Below are positions 18,886-28,064 of a stretch of DNA of 32,000 nucleotides, piece by piece (the first letter of the stretch is position 1; each line of letters begins with the position of its first letter). The notes beneath the pieces are model-generated. The model did no database searches. It had not been told where the DNA came from and was given only the letters and a program-made list of their open reading frames with translations. Source of the stretch: Mycolicibacterium smegmatis (lineage in GTDB: Bacteria > Actinomycetota > Actinomycetes > Mycobacteriales > Mycobacteriaceae); the NCBI RefSeq assembly GCF_001457595.1, contig NZ_LN831039.1, positions 2,370,001-2,402,000 of the forward strand, read 5' to 3'. Both the position numbers and the translations under genes were made by a program.

Positions 18886-18904
18886 AACTGTAACTCTTAC
18901 AGTA
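18886..18904. promoter_or_regulatory. Operator site E
   Basis: AACTGTA-ACTCT-TACAGTA, between the divergent thiolase 17603..18751 and the Mo enzyme 18907..21195. Confidence 0.65.
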
Positions 18905-18906
18905 AT

Positions 18907-21195
18907 GTGGTTGTGGTGATCGAGAGCGGAGCCGGCCACAAGCCTGAGCACAAGGTGACGTTCTGCCGGATCTGCGAACCGCTGTGCGGAATGATCGCCA
19001 CGGTCGAGGACGGCAGGCTCACCGCGCTGCGACCCGACAGGGACCATCCGCTGTCGGCCGGCTTCGCGTGCCAGAAAGGCATCGCGTTCGCCGAGGTGGT
19101 CAATGACCCGGACCGCATCACCACACCGCTGCGCCGGCGCGCCGACGCGAAACGGCCGGGCAACCGAACCGATGTTCTCGACGGCTTCGAACCGGTCGGC
19201 TGGGACGAGGCACTCGACGACATCGCGCACCGGCTCAGCGGTATTCACCGCAGGCACGGCTCCGGCGCGGTGGCCTGGTACATGGGCAACCCCGCGGCCT
19301 TCAGCTACTCACACCTGTTCGCGGCGATGGCATTCGCCAAGGGCATCGGAGGTGACAGCCACTTCTTCAGCTCGTCGACACAGGACACCAGCAGCCGGTT
19401 GCTCGCCAATCAGTTCCTCTACGGTGCGCCGTTCCCGGTGCCGATCCCGGATGTGATGCGTACCGATCTGCTCGTGATGATCGGCGCCAATCCCGTGGTC
19501 TCGCATGGGAGTTTCCTGACCGCGCCGCGCCTCAAGGACCGCATGCACGACATCGTCAAGCGTGGTGGGCGCGTCGTGGTCGTCGACCCCCGCCGCAGCG
19601 AGACGGCCGCGCAGTTCGAGTGGCTCGGCATCGTCCCCGACACCGACGCGTACTTCCTGCTGTCGCTGCTGCAGGTGATGTTCGACGAGAACCTCGTTGC
19701 TCCGCGCGCTGCGACCCAGGCCGACGGACTGGACTGGCTGCGGCGACAGAGTGCGCCGTTCACACCGGAGTCCACCCGCGCGCACACGGGTGTGGAGCCG
19801 GAAACCCTTCGGGCGCTGGCCCGCGACCTGGCCGGCACTGCCCGCGCGGCGGTCTACGGCAGGCTCGGCACGTGCGTCGGGCGCCACGGCACCCTGACCA
19901 CCTACCTCATCGACGCGGTCAACATCGTCGCGGGCAATCTCGACGTGCCCGGCGGAAGTGTGTTCAGCACACTGGGGATGCCCGGTCAGCGGTGGGGCTC
20001 GATGGCGATGGGCGCTTCGCTGCGCCGCAGCTACCGCACCAGGCGCACACGTGTAGGCGGGTTCAAGTCGGTGATCGGGGCTGAACCCGCGGCGCTGATG
20101 GCCAAGGAGATCACCACGCCCGGTCGCCGTCAGGTCAAGGCGATGTTCATCGGCGCGGGCAACCCGGTGCTCTCGGTGCCCAACGGGCCCGAGTTGGCCG
20201 AGGCGCTCGACGCCGCGGAGTTGACCGTCGGGCTGGACCTCTACGTCAACGAGACCACGGCACACTGTGACTATGTCCTGCCCGTGACCACGATGTACGA
20301 GCGCGACGACTTCGCCGTCACCTTCCAGATGTTCCAGGCCACCCCGTTCCGACAGGCAACCGAGGCCATGGTGGCGCCCAGAGGGCAGGCGCGCACCGAG
20401 TGGGACATCGTCGTGGACCTGATCGGCCGGATGTCGGTGCGCACACCGGTGTTCGCAATGCTGCGGTGTGCGCAGAAGCTTGCCGGGCGACGAGGCAGAC
20501 GGCTGAACCCGCGGCCGCTGATCGACGGCATGATCCGCATGGCCGACGGTGGCGACCGGTTCGGCCTGCGCCGCGACGGACTGACGTTCCGCAAGCTCGC
20601 CGAGGAGCACCCGCACGGTGTGATCGTGGCACCGCACGTGCGCACCGGTGTCCTCGGCGAGGTCGTGGTGTACCCGAAGGGCCGGGTACGCCTCGAGCAC
20701 GCCGACATCGCCACCGAGATCACCGCGCTGACGCGACGCCGCAACCCGGATGGCTTCGGCCTGCGGATGATCGGTATGCGCGAACCGCGTTCGGAGAACT
20801 CGTGGATGCACAACGCGCCGCTGCTCATGCGTGGCCAGCGCATCCAGCGGGCGTTCCTGCACGCCGACGATGCCACGGCGCGCGGGGTGCGTGACGGTGA
20901 CGTGGTGCGTGTGCGGTCACCCTTTGGACAGATCGACATCGCCGTATCGCTCACCACCGACCTCGTCCGCGGAACGGTCGCGATACCACACGGCTGGGGC
21001 CACAACGGAAGTGGTGGTTGGCGGATCGCGAACCGTGCGGGCGGGGCGAACGTCAACGAACTGATGTCCAGCGACCCGCGCGACGTGGAAGCCCTGGCGG
21101 GCATGTCGTGGCTCACCGGGGTGCCGGTGGAAGTCGAAACCTGTCACCTCCACTGCGAGAGTGTCGGCGTCGCGGCGGGTGGGAGTTCTGGGTGA
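18907..21195 (+). CDS. Molybdopterin-dependent oxidoreductase (bis-MGD, N-terminal 4Fe-4S domain)
   Basis: KVTFCRICEPLCGMIATVEDGRLTALRPDRDHPLSAGFACQKG cluster motif, TDLLVMIGANPVVSHGS, GNLDVPGG, C-terminal VRVRSPFGQIDIAVSLTTDLVRGTVAIPHGWGH. Start ambiguous among GTG 18907, 18913 and 18916. Confidence 0.92.
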   Translation: MVVVIESGAGHKPEHKVTFCRICEPLCGMIATVEDGRLTALRPDRDHPLSAGFACQKGIAFAEVVNDPDRITTPLRRRADAKRPGNRTDVLDGFEPVGWDEALDDIAHRLSGIHRRHGSGAVAWYMGNPAAFSYSHLFAAMAFAKGIGGDSHFFSSSTQDTSSRLLANQFLYGAPFPVPIPDVMRTDLLVMIGANPVVSHGSFLTAPRLKDRMHDIVKRGGRVVVVDPRRSETAAQFEWLGIVPDTDAYFLLSLLQVMFDENLVAPRAATQADGLDWLRRQSAPFTPESTRAHTGVEPETLRALARDLAGTARAAVYGRLGTCVGRHGTLTTYLIDAVNIVAGNLDVPGGSVFSTLGMPGQRWGSMAMGASLRRSYRTRRTRVGGFKSVIGAEPAALMAKEITTPGRRQVKAMFIGAGNPVLSVPNGPELAEALDAAELTVGLDLYVNETTAHCDYVLPVTTMYERDDFAVTFQMFQATPFRQATEAMVAPRGQARTEWDIVVDLIGRMSVRTPVFAMLRCAQKLAGRRGRRLNPRPLIDGMIRMADGGDRFGLRRDGLTFRKLAEEHPHGVIVAPHVRTGVLGEVVVYPKGRVRLEHADIATEITALTRRRNPDGFGLRMIGMREPRSENSWMHNAPLLMRGQRIQRAFLHADDATARGVRDGDVVRVRSPFGQIDIAVSLTTDLVRGTVAIPHGWGHNGSGGWRIANRAGGANVNELMSSDPRDVEALAGMSWLTGVPVEVETCHLHCESVGVAAGGSSG

Positions 21196-22718
21196 GTGAC
21201 GTCGTGGCCGCTGCCGACAGCGTCGAGATCGGCCGTCGTGCGGCCGCACGGGCCGAGAAGAGGATGCTTATCGACGGTGAACTCGTCGCTGCTGCAGTAG
21301 ATTTCGAGAACATCAGCCCGGCAACGGGATCGGTGCTCGGCACCACATCGGCCGCATCGGCGGGTGACATGGACGCGGCGATCGGCGCGGCGCGGTGCGC
21401 GTTCGACGAGACCGACTGGTCGACCGACCGCGTGCGGCGCCAGAAGGTGCTGCTGCAGCTGCAGGATGCTCTCGAAGCCGAGAAAGAGGATCTGCGTGAG
21501 GAATTGATCGCCGAGGTCGGCTGCCCGGCGATGACGACCCAGAACGCCCAGTTGGACTGGCCGCTGGCCGAGGCGCTGCGCTACCCGGCGCGGCTGATCG
21601 ACGAATTCGAATGGGAACGCGAACTCGACGGCGGTGGACTTTTCGGTGAACGCAACGCGCGCACGGTGGTCAAGGAGCCCGTTGGTGTGGTCGCGGCGAT
21701 CACGCCGTCGAACTTCCCGATCGAGGTCATCCTCAACAAGCTCGGACCCGCATTGGCCGCGGGGAACACCGTTGTGCTCAAACCGGACCCGAACACGCCG
21801 TGGAACGCCACACGGCTCGGCCGGCTGATCGTAGAGCGCACCGACATGCCGCCCGGCGTCGTCAACGTCGTACCTACCCCGTCCAACGGGGTGGCGGCGC
21901 TGCTGGGTACCGACCCGCGGGTGGACATGGTGTCGTTCACCGGATCGACCGCCGTGGGCAAGCACCTCATGCGGGTGGGTGCGGACACCATGAAGCGCAC
22001 GTTTCTCGAACTCGGCGGCAAGTCGGCGATGATCGTGCTCGACGACGCCAAACCGGCACACATCATCCCCGGAGCAATCGGTGCCTGTGTGCACGCCGGG
22101 CAGGCGTGCGCGGCCAACACGCGGATGCTGGTGCACCGCAGCCTGTTCGACGAGGCCGTCGCCAATGTGGCGATGGCGTTCGCGGGCATACCCGTGGGTG
22201 ACCCGGCCCTGCCGACCACGCTCGTGGGCCCCGTCATCAGTGCGGCCGCCAAGCAGCGCGTGCTCGATGCGTGTGAGCGTGCCCGCCGCGACGGCGCCGA
22301 GACCGTCGTCGGGGGAGGGGAAGCCGAAGGCCTGCCCGAGCACCTGGCCGGTGGTCACTACGTGGCCCCGACGGTGATCGTCGGCGCCGATCCGCGTTCG
22401 GCGATCGCGCAGGAAGAGGTGTTCGGTCCGGTGCTGGTGATGGTCCCGTTCGACGATGACGACGAGGCTGTACGACTCGCCAACGACACGGCCTTCGGCC
22501 TTGCCGGTGCGGTGCTCTCGGCGTCGCCGGAACGTGCGATGGGGATCGCGCGGCGAATCCGCACCGGCGCGATCGGGGTCAACGGCGGCATGTACTACGG
22601 GGCCGACGCGCCATTCGGTGGTTACAAGAACAGCGGTGTCGGGCGGCAGTGCGGTATCGAGGGGTTCGCACAGTACACCGAGACCAAGACCATCGGATGG
22701 CGCCGGCCCCGGACGTGA
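21192..22718 (+). CDS. Aldehyde dehydrogenase family protein
   Basis: VVAAITPSNFPIEVILNKLGPALAAGNTVVLKP, VSFTGSTAVGK, FLELGGKSAMIV, HAGQACAANTR, EEVFGPVL. GTG start overlaps the upstream TGA (GTGA). Confidence 0.95.
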   Translation: MSDVVAAADSVEIGRRAAARAEKRMLIDGELVAAAVDFENISPATGSVLGTTSAASAGDMDAAIGAARCAFDETDWSTDRVRRQKVLLQLQDALEAEKEDLREELIAEVGCPAMTTQNAQLDWPLAEALRYPARLIDEFEWERELDGGGLFGERNARTVVKEPVGVVAAITPSNFPIEVILNKLGPALAAGNTVVLKPDPNTPWNATRLGRLIVERTDMPPGVVNVVPTPSNGVAALLGTDPRVDMVSFTGSTAVGKHLMRVGADTMKRTFLELGGKSAMIVLDDAKPAHIIPGAIGACVHAGQACAANTRMLVHRSLFDEAVANVAMAFAGIPVGDPALPTTLVGPVISAAAKQRVLDACERARRDGAETVVGGGEAEGLPEHLAGGHYVAPTVIVGADPRSAIAQEEVFGPVLVMVPFDDDDEAVRLANDTAFGLAGAVLSASPERAMGIARRIRTGAIGVNGGMYYGADAPFGGYKNSGVGRQCGIEGFAQYTETKTIGWRRPRT

Positions 22719-22723
22719 GTTTT

Positions 22724-22788
22724 CCGCGAGCAGACACAAAACTGCTCTTTTCAGTGATTTTCGCGCAAGATTGTGTCTGCTCGCGGGG
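22724..22788. repeat. Dispersed intergenic inverted repeat, copy 2
   Basis: CCGCGAGCAGACACA (22724-22738) is exactly complementary to TGTGTCTGCTCGCGG (22774-22788). Confidence 0.85.
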
Positions 22789-23491
22789 ACGAATCTCGCG
22801 GCGACGCGGTGAGGTGCTCCGCACGTTCGAGGATGCTGTCGAGGATGTGGTCGAAGTTGGCGGTATCGGCCGCGCCGATCCGGTAGCCGTCGCCGGTGAG
22901 CGACGAGATCAGCGGCATGGTCTGGGGATCGATCACCTGTTGCCAATGGTCACGGGGCAGGGGCACGGTCGACGCGCGGTTCTGCAAGCGGTGCAGCACC
23001 GCGCTGCTGCGGACCAGCACCTGGATCGCCGAATAGGTCTGGACGGCCTGCTGCGGGCTCAGGCCGGCCTGCACCAGGGCCGCGACCGGTTGCTCGATCT
23101 TCTCCAGGGCGTGGCGGGCTGCAGGTGTGCCGCCCGTACCCCGGATGAGGATCAGGTCGCACAGGATGGGGTTCTGCTGAATGGTGTCGCGCATCCGGTG
23201 GGCATGGGCGCGCAGTGATTCGCGCCAGGAACCGGCGTCGATCGACGACACCCCGAAGTCGTACTCGCGCAGCGCGAGTTCGGTCATCGCGTCGAGCAGA
23301 TCGTCCTTGCGGCGGAAGTACCAGTAGATGCTGGTGACGCCCACGTCGAGATGTTTGGCCAGTTGCGGCATGCTGAGGTTGTCGACGGACACCTCACGGG
23401 CGACCTCGAAGGCGCCGCTGAGGATCTCGTCGACGGTGATCGACCCGCGTTCGCGGCGCGGACGTCCGCCGCCCGTCGCGGGGGAGGCCAT
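22751..23491 (-). CDS. TetR/AcrR family transcriptional regulator (regulator 2)
   Basis: RERGSITVDEILSGAFEVAREVSVDNLSMPQLAKHLDVGVTSIYWYFRRKDDLLDAM. Start MASPATGG at 23491, 2 nt after the P450 stop. Confidence 0.93.
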   Translation of the reverse strand: MASPATGGGRPRRERGSITVDEILSGAFEVAREVSVDNLSMPQLAKHLDVGVTSIYWYFRRKDDLLDAMTELALREYDFGVSSIDAGSWRESLRAHAHRMRDTIQQNPILCDLILIRGTGGTPAARHALEKIEQPVAALVQAGLSPQQAVQTYSAIQVLVRSSAVLHRLQNRASTVPLPRDHWQQVIDPQTMPLISSLTGDGYRIGAADTANFDHILDSILERAEHLTASPRDSSPRADTILRENH

Positions 23492-23493
23492 GC

Positions 23494-24702
23494 TCAGCCC
23501 GCCGGGCGGAAGGTCACCGGGATCGCGGTCGGCGATCGGAATGGCTGGCCGAAGATGTGCGGATCGTCGTCGGCGATCAGGCGAAGATCGGTGACACGGT
23601 TGAGCAGGGTCTCCATCGCCACACGAGTTTCCATGCGCGCCAGGTGCAAACCCATGCACGTGTGCTCACCCGCGGCGAACGTGATGTGCGGTATGCGTTT
23701 ACGGAAGATGTCGAACTCCTCGGGACGTTCCCACCGGTTCTCGTCGCGGTTGGCCGATCCGATGCACACGTCGATCACCGCGCCCGCCGGAATCTGTACA
23801 CCTTCGAGTTCGGTGTCCTTGGTGGCTGAGCGCTGCACCGTGGTCAGCGGTGTCTCGTAACGCAGGCCTTCCTCGATGGCGGCCCCGATGAGGTCGTGGT
23901 CGTTCTGCACCGCCGCGAACTGATCGGGGTGGGTGAGAAGCAGATACAGGAGATTTCCCGACGACCGGTAGGTGGTCTCCAATCCCGCGGGCAGCAGCAG
24001 CCGAAGGAACGAGTAGATGGCCTCGTCGGTGAGTTTCTCACCATCGATCTCGGCGGTAACCAGGTCGCCGATGATGTCCTCGGTGGGCCTCGAGCGGCGC
24101 CGCTCGATCTGGTCGAGAAAGTAGTCCTTGAGGGCCGCCGACGCCTCGAAGGCGCGTTTGTACTTCACGCTGTAGGAGATGAGTTCGACGGCACGCCGAC
24201 GGAACCACGGCAGGTCCTCCTCGGGTAGTCCGAGGAGCTTCGAGATCACCCGGGTGGGGAACTCGAAGGTGTAGTCGCGGACCAGATCAGCGCTGCCCGT
24301 GTCGACGAACTCGTCGACGAGGGCCTCACAGATGGGACGCGCGATCTCGGGTTCCCAGCGCGCCAACGACTTCGACTTGAACGCCGCCGACACCAGGTTG
24401 CGGTGATCGCGGTGTGTCTTGCCTTCCATCGCCAGGATGCTCGGACCGATGAACAAGCCGATGGTGCTGTCGTAGATCTTCGAGTTGAACGTCTTGCCGT
24501 CCCGGAAGACCGTGTTGACCGCATCGAACGACATCGCCGCGTACTGATGTTCCGGCATGAGCTCTTTCGGCGTCTTCGACCAGTCCATGACCGACCCCCG
24601 GAACACGCCTGCCTGGGCGCGGTACCGCGCGAAGATCGGGTACGGGTCACGTAGCAGAGCGGCCGTGTCGACCGCTGGGTCGTCCCGTATCCGACTGTCC
24701 AC
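23494..24702 (-). CDS. Cytochrome P450
   Basis: I-helix LLLPAGLETTYRSSG, ExxR in EEGLRYE, heme loop FAAGEHTCMGLHLARME. Confidence 0.96.
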   Translation of the reverse strand: MDSRIRDDPAVDTAALLRDPYPIFARYRAQAGVFRGSVMDWSKTPKELMPEHQYAAMSFDAVNTVFRDGKTFNSKIYDSTIGLFIGPSILAMEGKTHRDHRNLVSAAFKSKSLARWEPEIARPICEALVDEFVDTGSADLVRDYTFEFPTRVISKLLGLPEEDLPWFRRRAVELISYSVKYKRAFEASAALKDYFLDQIERRRSRPTEDIIGDLVTAEIDGEKLTDEAIYSFLRLLLPAGLETTYRSSGNLLYLLLTHPDQFAAVQNDHDLIGAAIEEGLRYETPLTTVQRSATKDTELEGVQIPAGAVIDVCIGSANRDENRWERPEEFDIFRKRIPHITFAAGEHTCMGLHLARMETRVAMETLLNRVTDLRLIADDDPHIFGQPFRSPTAIPVTFRPAG

Positions 24703-24730
24703 CGCGTACCCCTTCCCGTTCAGGGCATAT

Positions 24731-24749
24731 TACCGTAAAGGTTACAGTA
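24731..24749. promoter_or_regulatory. Operator site F (best match)
   Basis: TACCGTA-AAGGT-TACAGTA, between the divergent P450 and ALDH genes. Confidence 0.7.
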
Positions 24750-24921
24750 TATGTATTGGGATAGCCCGATTTCTCGGAGTGCACCGGAGGTCGGCCTCCT
24801 CACCGGAGTTACGACAGCGGGGGTGAGTGTAAACAACTCTGTTACCGTTGGCCTCACCGGAGGAGTACGGGCCGGTCTGCGCGGTGGCCGGCGCGTCACA
24901 CGCCGAGAGGGAGGCGAATCG

Positions 24922-26409
24922 ATGAGCACGATCGACCAACGCGCGGAAAAGCATTCCCGGCAGGGCGGAGCGGCCGACGTGCTGACGGCGCAGCGCCGCT
25001 CCTTTCTCGACGACGGGCCGCCCGATATCGCGCTGCGGCGCAACCGCATCGACCGCCTGCTCGCGATGGTGCTCGACAACGCGGAGGATTTCGTCACGGC
25101 GACCGCGTCCGACTACGGGACACGGTCACGGTCGGCGGCGTTCTTCGCCGAGATCCTCGGCATGATCTCGGTGATCGAGCACACCAGATCGAACCTGCCG
25201 CGGTGGATGCGCTCGACCCGGCTCATGCGCGCGGCGCGTCTGGCCGGGTTACGCGCCGAGGTGGTGCCCTCACCGGTCGGCGTGGTCGGCGTCATCGGTC
25301 CGTGGAATTTCCCGGTCCAGTTGACGGTGCTGCCCGCAGCCGCCGCGTTCGCGGCGGGCAACCGCGTGATGATCAAGATGTCGGAGGTCACCCCACGCAC
25401 GGCGGAGGCGATGGCCGATCTCGCACCGCGCTACTTCGACCAACGCGAACTCGCTGTCATCACCGGTGGCCCTGAGCTAGCCGCCGAGTTCTCCGCTCTG
25501 CCGTTCGATCACCTGTTCTTCACCGGATCACCCGCGATCGGCGCTGTGGTGGGCCGGGCGGCCGCCGCGAACCTCGTGCCGGTGACGCTCGAACTCGGCG
25601 GCAAGAACCCGGTGGTCGTCGCGCCGGGGGCCGATATCACCCGGGCCGCGACACGAATAGCCCAGGCGCGCATGGTCAACGGCGGGCAGGTGTGCGTCTG
25701 CCCCGACTACGTGTTCGTCCCGGACCGCCATGTCGACGAATTCGTCGAGGTGGCCCGCGGCACGCTGCGCCGGATGTTTCCCACCATCACCGACAATCCC
25801 GACTACTGCTCGTCGGTCAACCGGTCCAACTTCGACCGCGTCGTCGGGCTCATCGCAGACGCACGAGCTCGCGGCGCCCGGGTCGAGTCGATCGTGCCGG
25901 TCGGCGAGGTCCTTCCCGACCCGGTGACCCGCAAGATCCCGCCGACCATCATCCGCGATGTCGACGACCGGATGCGCATCAACGACGAGGAGGTCTTCGG
26001 CCCGGTGCTCGCGGTGCGCGGTTATTCGTCGCTCGCGTCCACGATCGACTACATCAACTCACGACCGTCACCCCTGGTGGCCTACTGGTTCGGTCCCGAT
26101 GACGCCGACTTCCGGCATTTCGTCGACCACACGCGCAGCGGTGGCGTGGCGCGCAATGACTTTGCCGCCCACATGATCCCGTCGTCCGCGCCGTTCGGGG
26201 GAGTGGGGCGCAGCGGCATGGGCGCCTATCACGGCAAGGCCGGGTTCGACGCGTTCAGCCACCACCGCACCGTAGTCGGAACCGATCTGCCGTTCAGCAT
26301 CACCGGGCGCGCGGCCCTGCCGTTCACCGGATCGATGCGGGTGAGCGCCGACCTGGCGCTGTGGCGCGCCCGCAGCCGAACCAAAAACCGGCTCAGGAAG
26401 TTTCGCTGA
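24922..26409 (+). CDS. Aldehyde dehydrogenase (coniferyl-aldehyde-dehydrogenase-like)
   Basis: GVVGVIGPWNFPVQLTVLP, LFFTGSPAIGAVVG, VTLELGGKNPVVV, NGGQVCVCPDYVFVP, NDEEVFGPVLAVRGY. Confidence 0.93.
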   Translation: MSTIDQRAEKHSRQGGAADVLTAQRRSFLDDGPPDIALRRNRIDRLLAMVLDNAEDFVTATASDYGTRSRSAAFFAEILGMISVIEHTRSNLPRWMRSTRLMRAARLAGLRAEVVPSPVGVVGVIGPWNFPVQLTVLPAAAAFAAGNRVMIKMSEVTPRTAEAMADLAPRYFDQRELAVITGGPELAAEFSALPFDHLFFTGSPAIGAVVGRAAAANLVPVTLELGGKNPVVVAPGADITRAATRIAQARMVNGGQVCVCPDYVFVPDRHVDEFVEVARGTLRRMFPTITDNPDYCSSVNRSNFDRVVGLIADARARGARVESIVPVGEVLPDPVTRKIPPTIIRDVDDRMRINDEEVFGPVLAVRGYSSLASTIDYINSRPSPLVAYWFGPDDADFRHFVDHTRSGGVARNDFAAHMIPSSAPFGGVGRSGMGAYHGKAGFDAFSHHRTVVGTDLPFSITGRAALPFTGSMRVSADLALWRARSRTKNRLRKFR

Positions 26410-28045
26410 GCGCCTGCTCGCGGGCCCACCGATAGTCGGCCTTGCCCGCCGGGCTGCGTTCGATGGCAGGTCGGAACACGACGGCCTTCGGCAGCTTGTA
26501 CCGTGCGATGGAACCGTCGGCGTGGCGGATCAACTCGTCGGCGTCGACCTGCGCGCCGTCGTCGACGGCGACCACGGCCACGACCTCCTGACCCCAGCGC
26601 TCGCTGGGCCTGCCCGCGACCACCACGTCACGCACCGCGGGATGCGACGCGATGGCCGCCTCGACCTCTTCGGCGAAGACCTTCTCGCCGCCGGAGTTGA
26701 TGGTCACCGAGTCGCGGCCGAGCAGTTCGATCATGCCGCCGTCGAGTTGGCGGGCACGGTCGCCGGGGATGGCGTAACGCACGCCGTCGATGACCGGGAA
26801 CGTGGCAGCGGTCTTGGCCGCGTCGCCCTTGTAGCCGAGCGGGACATACCCGCGCTGTGCGAGCCATCCGAGTCCGTCGTGTGCCTCGGGCAGCACACAG
26901 CTGAAATCCTCGGCCACCACGCAGGTGTCGGGACCGGCCTTGAACGTCCCGGTGGAGACCGCGCCGGGCGCGGACATGTGGCTCATCTGCGCACCGGTCT
27001 CCGACGAGCCGACGCCGTCGACCACGATCAGGTTGGGCTTGGAATCGATCAGCTGCTGTTTGACATGCGGGGTCAACTGCGCGCCGCCGTTGGCGATGAC
27101 GGAAAGTGAAGACACATCGACGGTGCCGTTCTGGATGCCGCTGCGGATCGCGTCGAGCAGCGGGCGGGCCATCGTGTCACCCACCACGGTGGCCACCAGC
27201 ACCTGCTCGCGTTCGATCGTGCGCACGACGTCCTCGGCGTCGAACCGGTCGGTCACATCGGGGAAGACCAGCGTCTGCCCGGTGGTCACCGCGGTCATCG
27301 CCGCCCACTGCGCGGCGCCGTGGATCAGGGGCGGCAGGATCATGAGCCTGGTGCCGGGGTTCTCGACGGCCCTGTCGACAATCTCGTCGACCGACGTCGC
27401 TGCCTCACCGGTCATCATGTTGCGTCCGCCGAATGCGGTCATGAAGATGTCGTGCTGGCGCCACAACACACCCTTGGGCATACCCGTGGTGCCGCCGGTG
27501 TACAGCACGTAGAGGTCATCGGGGCACGGCTGCACCGGCGGGGCGGCCGTCTCGAGATTCACGATCTGCTCGTAATCGACAGCGCCGTCGAGAAGTTCGT
27601 TGCCCGAACCGTCGGCGATCTGGATGAGCACCCGCAGCGTGGGAAGCTCGTCGCGGATCTCGGCGATGCGGGGCGCGAACGTCGCGTGGTACACCAGTGC
27701 GGTCGCCCCGGCGTCGGTCAGCAGGTAGTGCAGTTCGTTCTTGACGTAGCGGTAGTTGACGTTGAACGGTGCGACTCGCGCGCGGAACGATCCGAGCATC
27801 GACTCGACGTATTCGGGGCCGTTGTGGGCGTAGATGCCCAGCAGGTCCTGGCCCACCTCGTGGCCGGCCAGCCCGTCGCGCTCTGTGTGCACACCGAGAC
27901 CCTGCGAATGCAGATACGACGCAAGCCGATTCGACCGGTCCATGACCTGGCGGTAGGTGTGACGACGTTCGCCCTGGACGATCAACGGGCGGTCGGGAAT
28001 GGCGGCGGCGACGGCCTCGGCCACAGCGGGGACGGTGAACAGCAC
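26393..28045 (-). CDS. Acyl-CoA synthetase (FadD-like)
   Basis: YVLYTGGTTGMPKGVLWRQHD, VDGVGSSETGAQMSH, TINSGGEKVFAEEVEAAIASH, PAGKADYRWAREQ. Start GTG 28045 assigned by homology; longer ORF starts are unlikely. Confidence 0.92.
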   Translation of the reverse strand: MLFTVPAVAEAVAAAIPDRPLIVQGERRHTYRQVMDRSNRLASYLHSQGLGVHTERDGLAGHEVGQDLLGIYAHNGPEYVESMLGSFRARVAPFNVNYRYVKNELHYLLTDAGATALVYHATFAPRIAEIRDELPTLRVLIQIADGSGNELLDGAVDYEQIVNLETAAPPVQPCPDDLYVLYTGGTTGMPKGVLWRQHDIFMTAFGGRNMMTGEAATSVDEIVDRAVENPGTRLMILPPLIHGAAQWAAMTAVTTGQTLVFPDVTDRFDAEDVVRTIEREQVLVATVVGDTMARPLLDAIRSGIQNGTVDVSSLSVIANGGAQLTPHVKQQLIDSKPNLIVVDGVGSSETGAQMSHMSAPGAVSTGTFKAGPDTCVVAEDFSCVLPEAHDGLGWLAQRGYVPLGYKGDAAKTAATFPVIDGVRYAIPGDRARQLDGGMIELLGRDSVTINSGGEKVFAEEVEAAIASHPAVRDVVVAGRPSERWGQEVVAVVAVDDGAQVDADELIRHADGSIARYKLPKAVVFRPAIERSPAGKADYRWAREQALSETS

Positions 28046-28064
28046 AGGGACTCCTCGGCGTCGG

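Noticed and set aside
23492-23659. N-terminal extension of TetR 2 ORF (MHGFAPGAHGNSCGDGD...)
   Set aside because: Lies over the P450 3' end; the real start is MASPATGG at 23491, 2 nt after the P450 stop.
24849-24880. GTAAACAACTCTGTTACCGTT in the ALDH leader as another operator
   Set aside because: Contains TTACCGTT but the second unit is not at 12-nt spacing; looks coincidental.
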